DNA of 64,000 bases from Centroscyllium fabricii. Its lineage: Eukaryota. The stretch lies in the NCBI GenBank assembly GCA_051313645.2, contig JBNRSN020000019.1, positions 6,200,001 to 6,264,000 on the forward strand, read 5' to 3'. Numbering within the stretch: position 1 is the stretch's first letter; each line of letters opens with the position of its first letter. Of the stretch, positions 1 to 10,894 are shown in pieces. Below the pieces are notes generated by a model. That model did no database searches. It was given only the letters and a program-made list of their open reading frames with translations, and had not been told where the DNA came from. The position numbers and the translations under genes were made by a program.

Positions 1-1618
1 CCCCTGGCCTTTTTCAGCCGACAACTCCGGCCCCCAGAGGTTAAATACAGCGCCTTTGATAGGGAGCTACTCGCTCTCCATCTGGCGGTGCGACATTTTC
101 ATTTCCTCTTGGAGGGCCGACACTTTACAGCCTTCAGCCTTCAGCGACCACAAGCCACTCACGTTCGCAATGGCTAAGGTCACTGAACCCTGGTCGGCCA
201 GGCAGCAGCGCCAACTCGCGGCCGTGTCGGAATTTACAACCGACATTCAGCAAATTTCCGGCCGCGACAACGTGGTCGCTGACTGCCTCTCACGCCCCTC
301 CATTAACGCCGCCCAAATGGCGGTCGATTACGCCCAGCTGGCCGCTGACCAGCTGGCCGACCCTGACCTACTTAACGCAGCAACTAGTCTTCCCGGCCTA
401 CACTTGGCCAAAATCGCGCACGGCCCCGCCGCCACCGTCGTCTGCTGCGACGTTTCGTTACCGCAACCCAGGCCCGTCGTGCCCCACGCTTGGAGGCAAC
501 ATATCTTTAGGACCCTCCACGACCTGTCCCACCCCGGCGCCCGCGCGTCCATCAAGCTAATATCGGCCCGTTTCGTATGGCGCGGCCTGCGCAAAGACGT
601 CCCCCCCTGGGCCAGCTCCTGCATAGCCTGCCAGCGCTCCAAAGTGCATAAGCACATCAGGGCACCGCTGGAAAATTTTAAGGTACCGGCCAGGCGTTTT
701 GACCATGTCCATATTGACCTCGTCGGGCCACTACCGCCATCTCGCGGCCACACACACCTATTGACCATGGTCGACCGCAACACTCGCTGGCCAGAAGCAG
801 TCCCCCTCACCGCCACCGGCACCACGGACTTGGCCAGGGCGTTTATCGCCACCTGGGTCGCCCGATTCGGCGTGCTCACAGACATCACCTCCGACAGAGG
901 ACCCCAGTTTACGTCGACTTTATGGGCGGCCATCGCCCGCGACCTCGGGGTGACACTACACAGAACCACTGCATACCACCCACAGGCGAACGGCCTATGC
1001 GAACGGTTCCACCGCTCGATGAAGGCATCACTACGGGCCACTCTGAAAGATGCATCATGGACCGACCGCCTTCCATGGGTCCTCCTCGGGCTGCGCTCGG
1101 CAGTCAAAGAAGACCTTAATGCTTCAGCAGCGGAGCTCGTCTACGGCCAAGCTCTAACGGTGCCGGGCGAGTTCCTGGCTGAAGCCAACGCTCCCTGGTC
1201 AGCCGACCAGTATTTAAAGGACTTTGCAAACCCGGCACGAGCTTTCCAGCCACTACCAGTGGCCCGGCACGGAGAGCCGGCAGCTCGGGTGCCGGAGGAC
1301 ATTAAAAATGCTAAATTTGTGTTCGTCCGGCGCAATGGACACCGATCTCCACTACAGCCACCTTATGATGGCCCTTACAGAGTGCTTCGGGCGGGAGCTA
1401 AAACTTTTGATTTACAATTGGGTAACAGAACTGAAACTGTAACAATAGACCGGCTCAAGCCGGCACATGTGATAGCGGGCGAGACCACGGTCCCCGCACA
1501 ACCGCCTCAACGCGGTCGCCCTCCCGCAACAAAACCCGCCCACACTCCACCGCAGAACCAGAGACTACTAGCAACACGGTCCGGCCGCATCATCCGGCCA
1601 CCCCAACGGCACACATAG
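1..1618 (+). pseudogene. Ty3/Gypsy pol C-terminal part (RNase H end plus integrase), cut by the window edge, one frameshift
   Basis: Frame 1 reads PLAFFSRQLRPPEVKYSAFDRELLAL (RNase H). A 7-bp duplication at 129-142 shifts into ORF 56..1618, which has DHKPL, the HHCC zinc finger (HDLSHPG..CIACQ), the DDE core (HIDLVG, SDRGPQF, NGLCERFHR) and GPY (YDGPY). Confidence 0.95.
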
Positions 1619-1660
1619 ACACTTTCACTATTCCTCCCGGACGGATTCTGGGGGGAGCTG

Positions 1661-1906
1661 TGTGGCGGTACACCCACGGGGACATCGAATCCGCCACGGG
1701 GACTCCACGGAGCAAAGCCCCGCTCATCCGGGTGACGCGACTACGTCATCACGTCGGCCGACGCGATGACGTCACCAACGGCGGGACCGTTTAAATATGC
1801 CTGTCTCGAGTGGTTCTCTCTCTTTCTTGTACTGTAGTTGATAATTAAAGCTGTGTTTTCTCTAAGCTCTGGCTCACGTGTGGTCACTAGGCCTGCCGGC
1901 GCTACA
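1661..1906 (+). mobile_element. 3' LTR of the Gypsy element at the window start
   Basis: Purine tract GGGGGGAG at 1650-1657; termini TGTGGCG...CGCTACA; TATA-like TTTAAATA near 1790; ATTAAA near 1845. Confidence 0.8.
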
Positions 1907-2221
1907 GTACCAGCTTTTGCTACCCTCTCCAGCAATTTACTTGTGTGAGTATTTCTGCTGCTTTTTCAGAACAATTGTACTCTTCAGAGCAACAAACAAT
2001 GCTTAAAATGACATGTCGTTATGAAAAATATTTCAAAGAAAAGAATTGTTAATAATACATTTTTATTGACATGGAAGTGCAACCTGTTTTTCAACAAGTC
2101 CTGATCAGTAAAAGCGACGTGAAAACTGCCTTAAATGCAGGGAAATTGCAATCGCCATTGATTTTAATGGGGTGGGGTTGGGGGGCTGATTACGGAGGGA
2201 TGATAATTACCTTCTAACTAT

Positions 2222-5200
2222 TGATACCATCAATTACTCGAGTCTGAGAGCGAGTTAACATAGGCTTTAATAAACTTAGAACAAGCGTAAGGGATCACAG
2301 GTATCGTTAGTACAGTACAGTAGAGAGGAGGTCAGAACCCACGAGTGCTGACCTTTATACCCCCAGGGTCAGAGGCGTGGCCTACCCGAGGTCCTCCAGG
2401 TACAGGTCTCCCAAGTCTGGCTGGGCAAGAGTAGACACGCCCTAAGGCATGTACATACACATAGTTGGTGTTATAGCCAATATCACCACATTCACCCCCT
2501 GTTAAAGAATTTCAGTACCAGGGGGGGCACAAACAATACCTAACATATGTACAGACAGTATTTACAAAGGTTCCGAGATGTTCCAAAAAAATTGTGGCCG
2601 CCTGTTCATGCCAGGTCACATTGTGCAGACCAGGCGGTCTGGCTGGCGTCGCACCCTCGACGACCGTCTGAGCTGCTGGTCCTGCCGTTCGGTATCGGTA
2701 CCTGGGGAAGCCGAAGGAATATACGTTAGCAGCGCATCACCAGGGAATATGGCGGTATGGGTCGGTGGGGGGCTGGGCACGGGCTGCGATGTGGTAGGTG
2801 CCGGCTGGGCCCACGACGAGAGGAAGGGGGGTGGGGGCGGAGTTGTGGTCGCAGGGGCGCCTGCGGGCGCCAGGTCTTTAATAGAGACTGTGTCCTTCCT
2901 GCCATCAGGGAACTCCACATAGGCGTACTGCGGGTTAGCATGGAGGAGGAGTACCCTGTCGACCAGTGGGTCGGTCTTATAGTGCCGTACATGGCGCCGC
3001 AACAGTACTGGGCCCGGGGAGGCTAGCCACGACGGCAGCGACATCCCCGAGACGGACTTCCTGGGGAAGGAAAACATCCGTTCGTGCGGCGTTGCGTTGG
3101 TCGCTGTACAAAGAAGCGACCGTACGGCGTGTAGAGCGTCCGAGAGAACCGCCTGCCAGCGTGAGGCTGGAAGGCCCCTGGACCTGAGTGCCAGGCGGAC
3201 CGCCTTCCAGACAGTGCCATTCTCGCGCTCTACTTGGCCATTGCCCCGGGGGTTGTAGCTCGTTGTCCTGCTCGACGAGATTCCTCTCGCGAGTAGGAAC
3301 TGGCGCAGTTCGTCGCTCATAAAAGCAGACCCCCGGTCAGAGTGTATGAATGAGGGGAAGCCGAATATTGCGAATATCGGGGCGAGGGCGTTGATGACTG
3401 TGGCAGCAGTCATATCAGTGCAGGGTATCGCAAATGGGAAACGGGAGTATTCGTCCACGACTGTGAGGAAGTAGACATTCCTGTCGGTGGACGGGAGTGG
3501 GCCCTTAAAATCGATACTAAGGCGTTCGAAGGGCCGAGAGGACTTAATCAGGTGTGCCTTGTCCGGTCGGAAAAACTGCGGCTTGCATTCCGCACAGACC
3601 GGACAATCCCTGACTATCTCCCTAACCTCCGCAATACTATACGGTAGATTGCGGGCTTTGATAAAATGATAGAAGCGGGTGACCCCCGGGTGGCAGAGGT
3701 TATTATGCAGAGCCTGCAGTCTGCTCGCCTGCACGCTGGCGCAGGTCCCACGGGACAGTGCATCGGACGGCTCGTTGAGTCTACCTGGCCTGTACAAAAT
3801 ATCATAATTAAAGGTGGACAATTCGATCCTCCACCTCAAGATCTTATCGTTCTTAATTTTTCCCCGCTGTGTGTTACTAAACATAAATGCTACCGACCTC
3901 TGATCGGTGAGCAGGGTAAATTTTCTACCGGCCAGGTAGTGTCTCCAGTGGCGCACCGCTTCGATAATGGCTTGGGCCTCTTTTTCCACGGAGGAATGCC
4001 GTGCTTCCGAGCCCGAGAGGGTACGGGAAAAGAAGGCAACGGGTCTGCCTGCTTGGTTCAGGGTCGCCGCCAGGGCGAAGTCGGACGCGTCGCTCTCCAC
4101 TTGGAAAGGCACGTCCTCATCAATGGCGGACATTGCAGCTTTTACTATATCGGCTTTAAGTTGCTTAAAAGCCGTTAGTGCCGCTGCCGACAGGGGAAAA
4201 ACAGTGGCCCGCATCAGAGGCCGGGCTTTGTCCGCAAATTTCGGGACCCACTGCGCGTAATACGCGAACAGCCCCATGCACCGCTTTAGAGCTTTGGGTG
4301 TCTTGGGAAGGGGATACTCAATCAGCGGGCGCATTCGGTCAGGGTCCGGGCCGATTAGCCCGTTTTCCACCACACAGCCCAAAATAGCCAGGCGTCTGGT
4401 GCGGAAAACACATTTTTCTTTGTTGTAGGTCAAATTCAGGGATTTGGCTGTTTTCAAAAATTTAGCGAGGTTCTCGTCGTGGTCCTCGTCCGAGTGGCCG
4501 CAGATAGTGACGTTATCTAGATAGGGAAAAGTGGCCCTGAGCCCGTGTTCGTCTACCATTCTATCCATTTCCCTCTGGAAGACGGACACTCCGTTCGTCA
4601 CTCCGAAGGGAACCCGAAGGAACTGGTAGAGGCGACCATCCGCTTCGAAAGCGGTGTAGGGGCGCTCCTCTCTGAGGATTGGGACCTGGTGATATGCCGC
4701 TTTAAGGTCTATAGTCGAATAGACTTTGTATTGGGCAATTTCATTTACCATGTCCGAGATCCGGGGAAGGGGGTACGCATCGAGGAGTGTAAACCGGTTT
4801 ATGGTCTGACTGTAGTCGACCACCATCCTGTTCTTCTCCCCCGTCTTTACCACTACTACTTGGGCCCTCCAGGGGCTGCGGCTGGCTTCAATCACCCCCT
4901 CTGCCAACAGTCGCTTCACCTCGGTGCCAATAAACGCCCGGTCTGCAGCACTATACCGCCTGCTCTTTGAGGCAATCGGTGCGCAGTCCGGCGTGAGGTT
5001 CGCGAACAGTTTCGGGGGTGAGATCCGTAAAGTGGTGAGCCCACAAAGCGGGCGCTCACGGGGGGTACTCGACTCGACCGTCAGGGGTGGGAGAGGGCCG
5101 CCGTATGCCAAAGTGACACTCTGCAGGTGGCTCTGGAAATCGAGCCCCAATAACATTGGCGCGCACAAGTGGGGTAACACAAACAGTTTAAAATTACAGT

Positions 5201-6734
5201 ATTTTACCCCGCGAACTACAAGTGATACTACGCAACACCCCACGGCCTGCGCCGATTCTGAGTCCGCCGCCAAGGCAATGCGTTTTAAACAGGGGCGGAT
5301 CGACAGGTGAAGACGGTCAACAGTCTCGGGGGAAATAAAACTATCAGTACTACCCGTATCAAATAAACAGTTACAGTTTTGTCCGTTTACCTGGACGTCC
5401 ATCATTGATTTCTGCAGTTCATGGGGTTTTGATTGGTCCAAAGTGATGGACGCCAGCACGGTTGATGAGTCGTCTTCATCCGAATATTCGGGGTCGGAGT
5501 CAAGTCGAAGACTCTCAAAATGGCCGCTGCCTCGTGGTGATGAACTAAAATGGCCGCTCCTCCTAGCTGTGGCCTCAAGATGGCCGCCGCCTCGTGGTGC
5601 TCCCTCGCGGTCATCTACCTCCGTGTAGTAGGAACGTGGTGCCGCTCTCGCTCCGCTGCAGATGGGGGCTGCCTTCTTTTCCTGCCCTGTTGCGCGGCAC
5701 ATCGCGGCATAGTGCCCCTTCTTTCCACACCCCGAGCACGTAGCATCTTTGGCTGGGCAGCGCAGTCTAGAGTGCCTAGCTTTTCCGCAAAAGAAACACT
5801 TTTGGTTGGTTTCAGGCCTGCTTCTTCCTGCCGCTGCCGTTAGCGCTGGGGTAGGAGTTGGGGCTGGGGATGCCCACGTAGGCGCGCTTGGTTGGCCATA
5901 CGTGGTGGATCTCCGATCTGCATTGTCCAGATTTACAATCAGGGAGGCTGCTTCTTTTAACGTTAGCTCATCCCGTTCTAGCAGTCGGGCCCTGATATAT
6001 GGGGAGTATACCCCTCTTACCAGAGCGTCCAGTGCCAGTTCGTTGTAGTGTTCGTCCGCCGTCAGGGGGCCAGGGGCGCAATCTCGGGTCAGCGCACAAA
6101 TTTCTTTCACGAATTTGGCGCCCGGTTCCTCGGCGCTCTGGGCTCTCTGAGTCAACACGTGCCTTGAGTGAACAGCGTTGGCTGCTGGCACAAATTGTTC
6201 TTTCAGTTTCTTCATGGCCTGTTCGTAATCCGACTCCCCTTCGATGAGGTGGTAATGGTCAGCACTGATTCTGCAGTGTAGAATTCGGCTCTTCTGCTGA
6301 TCAGTTGAAGCAGTCTCTTTCACTTCGTCGATATAGCTCCTCAGCTGCTGTTCCCAGTGTTTATACCGGCGTTCGGCATCGGGAGCAGTCGCATCAATTT
6401 CCAAGATCGGGACAGCCAGAATTCGGTCCATTTTGGATTTTAGCGACGATCTAAGTTTATTAAATTGATACCATCAATTACTCGAGTCTGAGAGCGAGTT
6501 AACATAGGCTTTAATAAACTTAGAACAAGCGTAAGGGATCACAGGTATCGTTAGTACAGTACAGTAGAGAGGAGGTCAGAACCCACGAGTGCTGACCTTT
6601 ATACCCCCAGGGTCAGAGGCGTGGCCTACCCGAGGTCCTCCAGGTACAGGTCTCCCAAGTCTGGCTGGGCAAGAGTAGACACGCCCTAAGGCATGTACAT
6701 ACACATAGTTGGTGTTATAGCCAATATCACCACA
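2222..6734 (-). mobile_element. Full-length young Ty3/Gypsy LTR retrotransposon (4513 bp)
   Basis: 269-bp LTRs at 2222-2490 and 6466-6734, identical by eye, TG...CA; 5-bp TSD ACTAT (2217-2221, 6735-6739); PPT AGGGGGTGAA (2500-2491). Confidence 0.98.
2616..6431 (-). CDS. Intact single-ORF Gag-Pol polyprotein (1271 aa): Gag with CCHC knuckles, protease, RT, RNase H, integrase
   Basis: CFFCGKARHSRLRC and CSGCGKKGHYAAMC; LFDTGS; STIDLKAAYHQV, VPFGVTNG, FPYLDN; SDASD, SVEKEA, TDQRS; HNNLCH..CPVC, IDFKG, SDRGS, NGQVEREN. Confidence 0.97.
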   Translation of the reverse strand: MDRILAVPILEIDATAPDAERRYKHWEQQLRSYIDEVKETASTDQQKSRILHCRISADHYHLIEGESDYEQAMKKLKEQFVPAANAVHSRHVLTQRAQSAEEPGAKFVKEICALTRDCAPGPLTADEHYNELALDALVRGVYSPYIRARLLERDELTLKEAASLIVNLDNADRRSTTYGQPSAPTWASPAPTPTPALTAAAGRSRPETNQKCFFCGKARHSRLRCPAKDATCSGCGKKGHYAAMCRATGQEKKAAPICSGARAAPRSYYTEVDDREGAPRGGGHLEATARRSGHFSSSPRGSGHFESLRLDSDPEYSDEDDSSTVLASITLDQSKPHELQKSMMDVQVNGQNCNCLFDTGSTDSFISPETVDRLHLSIRPCLKRIALAADSESAQAVGCCVVSLVVRGVKYCNFKLFVLPHLCAPMLLGLDFQSHLQSVTLAYGGPLPPLTVESSTPRERPLCGLTTLRISPPKLFANLTPDCAPIASKSRRYSAADRAFIGTEVKRLLAEGVIEASRSPWRAQVVVVKTGEKNRMVVDYSQTINRFTLLDAYPLPRISDMVNEIAQYKVYSTIDLKAAYHQVPILREERPYTAFEADGRLYQFLRVPFGVTNGVSVFQREMDRMVDEHGLRATFPYLDNVTICGHSDEDHDENLAKFLKTAKSLNLTYNKEKCVFRTRRLAILGCVVENGLIGPDPDRMRPLIEYPLPKTPKALKRCMGLFAYYAQWVPKFADKARPLMRATVFPLSAAALTAFKQLKADIVKAAMSAIDEDVPFQVESDASDFALAATLNQAGRPVAFFSRTLSGSEARHSSVEKEAQAIIEAVRHWRHYLAGRKFTLLTDQRSVAFMFSNTQRGKIKNDKILRWRIELSTFNYDILYRPGRLNEPSDALSRGTCASVQASRLQALHNNLCHPGVTRFYHFIKARNLPYSIAEVREIVRDCPVCAECKPQFFRPDKAHLIKSSRPFERLSIDFKGPLPSTDRNVYFLTVVDEYSRFPFAIPCTDMTAATVINALAPIFAIFGFPSFIHSDRGSAFMSDELRQFLLARGISSSRTTSYNPRGNGQVERENGTVWKAVRLALRSRGLPASRWQAVLSDALHAVRSLLCTATNATPHERMFSFPRKSVSGMSLPSWLASPGPVLLRRHVRHYKTDPLVDRVLLLHANPQYAYVEFPDGRKDTVSIKDLAPAGAPATTTPPPPPFLSSWAQPAPTTSQPVPSPPPTHTAIFPGDALLTYIPSASPGTDTERQDQQLRRSSRVRRQPDRLVCTM

Positions 6735-7313
6735 ACTATTTTCAGCAAGGGTAAAGGTGGAGAGGCGCAAAAGTCCCCTGAAAATATGGCGTGCTGTAAG
6801 CAATGGCGTATGTCACTTACTCCATAATTTCCTCTTTTTGAACCGTTCAAGGGTTATTACAATGACACAAGTCCCCAGGAAAATCTGGGCCAACAGTTTC
6901 TGGGAGAAGAAAATTGCCATACGACTCAACTTAGCATTGAAAAAATAACAGTGGGTTTCTGTGTCTCATCAATGATGGTGAAGACGAGCAGTAATTATGG
7001 TTGATCATTTCTCCTGACAGATAATTGAGTGGTGCTGAGTTTTATTCATCTGTTAAGCGATGTGCAAGTCTGCTACATCCAACTTATTTCATCTGCTCTG
7101 CTGCTCGTTTCAGCTTTGCTACTGTCCTGCGCTGTGTGGGCCTTTACCCTTCACTTAGGTTTTTCAACTTGAGGTTGACTCTTAATTGTCCCTCTGAGAA
7201 AATATAACCTTGCCTTCACTTGGACCTCAGTAATGTCCTTGCTGAGATCAGGAACTCACGATGGGAGGGGGAGGAATTGGAAGGGAAAATCTTCTTCTTA
7301 GCTTTGTATCCTG

Positions 7314-7616
7314 TGTGGTAAACCATTAGCAGTAATGCTATACCACTGTTGTACTACCGTACTGTTATCTGTAACTACCTTGCTGCTGCCTATGTAAATA
7401 CTGTACTATGACCTGTAAATACCTGTATGCTAATACTTGTAGGAGCTTGCCCCAGCTGACCCCGCCCCTGACTCCACCTCCGGACTTAGGTGCTTACTCA
7501 TCCACCTCTGGTCAGTACACCTCTGAGCTCAGCCGAGACACGCTCCATTCTTTAGTGAATAAAAGCTGTATAGTTAAGGTTAACTCTTCGTCTTTGGCCT
7601 TATTGACGGTACATCA
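7314..7616 (+). mobile_element. Solo LTR, same family as the 54698-59701 element
   Basis: TGTGGTAAACC...GGTACATCA; TSD TCCTG (7309-7313, 7617-7621); clear similarity to the reverse complement of 59445-59701. Confidence 0.93.
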
Positions 7617-8379
7617 TCCTGCAGTACACTTGTGCCATTAGCCACTATACCATCAACCCTAGTCACCTGAGAACTCATTTTTAATGTGGAAGCAAGTCAT
7701 CCTCGGTTCCGAGGGACTGCCTAAAGCATTTTAGGTTTTAAAGGCTTCCTACTTAAATGCAAATTTCCTGTATGCCTGGTTTTATGCCTTTCTTTCTACT
7801 TGGTAATACTTTAGTTCTGTTAAGAGTGACCTTCCTTTTAATCTCGAGTCGGTAGCTGACACTGCATAATGCAAGTCCACACTGACAAGTTGCTCTGTAT
7901 GATCATATAACACTATGCTAATGAGCTTTTTGAAGTGCTCCATTTATCAATGTTTTTTCCCACCCAACAACGAGAAAGGATCCACGATTTGATCTCTTCT
8001 TTCTCCATTGCCCATTTGTCATATTGAACGCAACCACATTTTATTCTCACCTAATGTACTGTAATATTCACCAGACTTGCATTCTGCTTTCTCGATTGGG
8101 TCTATTCCTTGTATTTTTACAGGTTCAATCACAGCAGTTTTTAATTAAATTTTTGCATTGAGTTTTTCATCAATTTGCAACTAACCTATACTAAGGCTGT
8201 TAAGTGCAACTTTTGCTAATTCAACCACTGAGAAACTAATACTGAAAGTCATTTAATCCTTATATATTACAAAGATAATGTAAGCATTCACACATTTATA
8301 ATAACCAGGTTTTGAGTCCATTTGGGTCTAGTTGACTTCCTGATTGTGCTTTAATCCCACGAAACTGTTCAAAGGGATT

Positions 8380-8760
8380 CCATTTTTGATCTAAAATTGC
8401 ATACTTCCCCCAACCTCCGGTGAGCTAGCCTTTTCTAATTTAATTAAATCTAGCCACTGCTGTTTAAGAGGTGCTACTGGTGACCTTCATGCAATCATAA
8501 TAAGCCTTTCAGCCATCAGAAGGGAGAAGCGTATTATGCGTTTTATGATCTTTGAGGCTCCCAACTGGGAGGATCCCCATAAGGGAAACACCAACCCAAA
8601 GGCCAAGGTAGGAGAAGAGGGATGGGCCAGCTCAATCTTGACTGGAGTTAATAAAATATCTCCCACCTCATGCCAAGAGCAATTGAAGTATTCCTAGATC
8701 ATATGTAGACTGGAGCGTGGGATACCGAATGAACTGTACCGAGGAGCCATAGTTGAATAG
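8380..8760 (-). pseudogene. Old L1-like LINE ORF2 C-terminal remnant
   Basis: Minus-strand peptides SSLHMI* and FSLLMAERLIMIA*RSPVAPLKQQWLDLIKLEK resemble the C-terminus of fish-type L1 ORF2; highly decayed. Confidence 0.5.
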
Positions 8761-8900
8761 GTTAGAGATGGTGGGGTCGGAAAACTGGCAGCATCGGATT
8801 GGCCACACATTATACCACTCGCCCGATAATGGAAAGGAAAATTAGGAAGGGTGTATAATGGGCACCCAAAGACATGCAGGTTAGGTGAATTGGAGATAAT

Positions 8901-9661
8901 GGCCCAGAAATTGCAGTGGAGCCTTCGTGCGGGTGCAGTACCTGCTAGTTGCACTTGCACTGCCCATATTCAGGTTTGCTTTTTTGCACTCAGAAATTGC
9001 AGTTAGCCCAGCTTGTCAGAGCTCCGTGCGAACTTCATGGGCATCTGACGGGCGTAATTAGTTCGAGATGGCTTTTGAGACCATGTGATTGGCAGGGAGC
9101 CAATCAGTGGAACCAATTCTCCGTTCAAAACTTCCACTGAGAAATTTGTGCAAGTTCTGAAAGGAGAGATTGCCCAAAAGACATCTAAACTCAAAAATAA
9201 AATTTTACAAACACCACATTTTTTTAACATTACCCCAACTAACACAAATAACCTATTTTAAAGAAAAAATAAAAATTTACAGAAAATGTTTCAACTTCCA
9301 ACAGGTCTAAAAAAATACTTACCTGTCTTTAAAGTTATCAACAATTAAAAACCTGAAAAAACAACAATTAAAATCAATAAAATACACACTTACCAGATAA
9401 AAATGGAGACTTACGACTCCTTTTTCCCAGTTTAGAATCTCCTGGTCTTGGTCCATAGAAAAAGTTTTTTAAAAACCCTGAATTACTGGACGCAACCCGT
9501 ACTTCGCTGCTTCCTGCGAGAGCCCTCGCAGGAACTCCAACCCCCCCGCTGGGCGGCATAGAAAAACCTGAAGCAGCGCAACCGGCTGCTTCCTGCGGGT
9601 TTAAACTCTGGTGCGCTCGCAGAGCTCAAACCCGATATGGGCAGACTGCAATTTCTGGCCC
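8901..9661. mobile_element. Harbinger-type MITE (GGCCCAGAAATT-TIR family) inserted into a SINE
   Basis: Ends GGCCCAGAAATTGCAGT and ACTGCAATTTCTGGCCC; 3-bp TSD AAT; the SINE halves (about 8860-8900 and 9665-9850) rejoin across it. Confidence 0.85.
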
Positions 9662-10894
9662 AATAAAATTGCCCATGAGTATGTGTGTGAGATATAGTTC
9701 TTAGAGTTGGGGGTGTCAGGGGATAGGGGGAGAGGGTAGGAGGGGGGTGCTGGGTTTGGATCATCAGCCATGATCTCTTCAAAATGGTGGAGCAGGCTCG
9801 AGGGGCCAAATGGCCTACTCCTGCTCCTATCTTCTGTGTTTCTGTGTTTCTGGCAGTCCCTACTGAAGTTGAAAGTTACTCCCCCCCCCCCCCGAAAGAC
9901 TTTAGATGAGAAACCAAGTTGCCGATCAAACCCAGCTGCAGTTTGTATCGCCTGCTGATGCTCCTGCACGTCTCTCACATTCTGTCTGGGTACCATTTGC
10001 TATTTTTCTGAACGACCTTAAAAATAAAATAAAAAGCTGGGGAAACAAAATTAGGTTTTGATTGAGCTTAACTGGTAAAGACGCAAAGTAGGCTTATTTT
10101 AAAATGAAACCTTTCTACAATAGTTGATTTAGGCCTGATGCTAGAGCCGCTCAAGGTCAGACAGCATGGGAAGAGTGTTCCAAAAGCTGTAGTACCGCTT
10201 CCAACGTCCTGGGAAAAGATATGTCATGGATAAAGTACCGTTTGATTTGTACGTATACGGTTCAATCTTGTGTTCTGAAAGACTTCTTACATTTTTGAAC
10301 CATATATGCACTCTTCGATGGAGGGGCATGGAGGAAGGGAAAACCTACTAAGTTCTTGAGCCTCTCAGATCAGTGCCAGATGTTTTGGAATCTACCTTTA
10401 AGTGTTAAATAATGAAGCTGATCCACCTTTTTATGAACTGCTTAACGTGATTGAGTTTCTGAGTTGTGCAGGATTTTTAAATTTTCCTGAAAGCTTTTAT
10501 TTAGTCGAGCTATTCCTGATGAAACCAACACTTGTAAAAACATTTCCAAAGAAATTACCGCTGTATATATACCCTTCTGATCTCTGATCATAATCTCTCT
10601 AATTCAATCCGTTCCCATTTAAATTTCAGAAGGACTCATGTAATGCCCATCAAGTACTTGTCTGCTGGTAAAAACATAGTTGGTCTTTTGAACATTTTAT
10701 TGCACTTGAAAAGAGAACAGCTGGAACTGTGCATTTAGATCTGATCACCTACACGAGGAGGTTGATTGGCCTATGATGAGAAAGTGCATATGGACTGTGT
10801 CACATCCCTTAAAAACATTTTCAGTATCTAGGGTTGAAAATGTCATTAATCCAAGATGTACTTTCTTTTTGGTTAGAGGTGTGAAGTTGTGTTA

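Noticed and set aside
328-1107. Long antisense or alternate-frame ORFs over Gypsy sequence (also 55999-56676, 58058-58779)
   Set aside because: Shadow ORFs of GC-rich coding or repeat DNA with no recognisable motifs.
10160-10300. Peptide AWEECSKSCS resembling the start of a TSP1 repeat
   Set aside because: No CG.G or R.V.C pattern follows, and the W..C junction is not split by an intron as in the real exons; probably chance.
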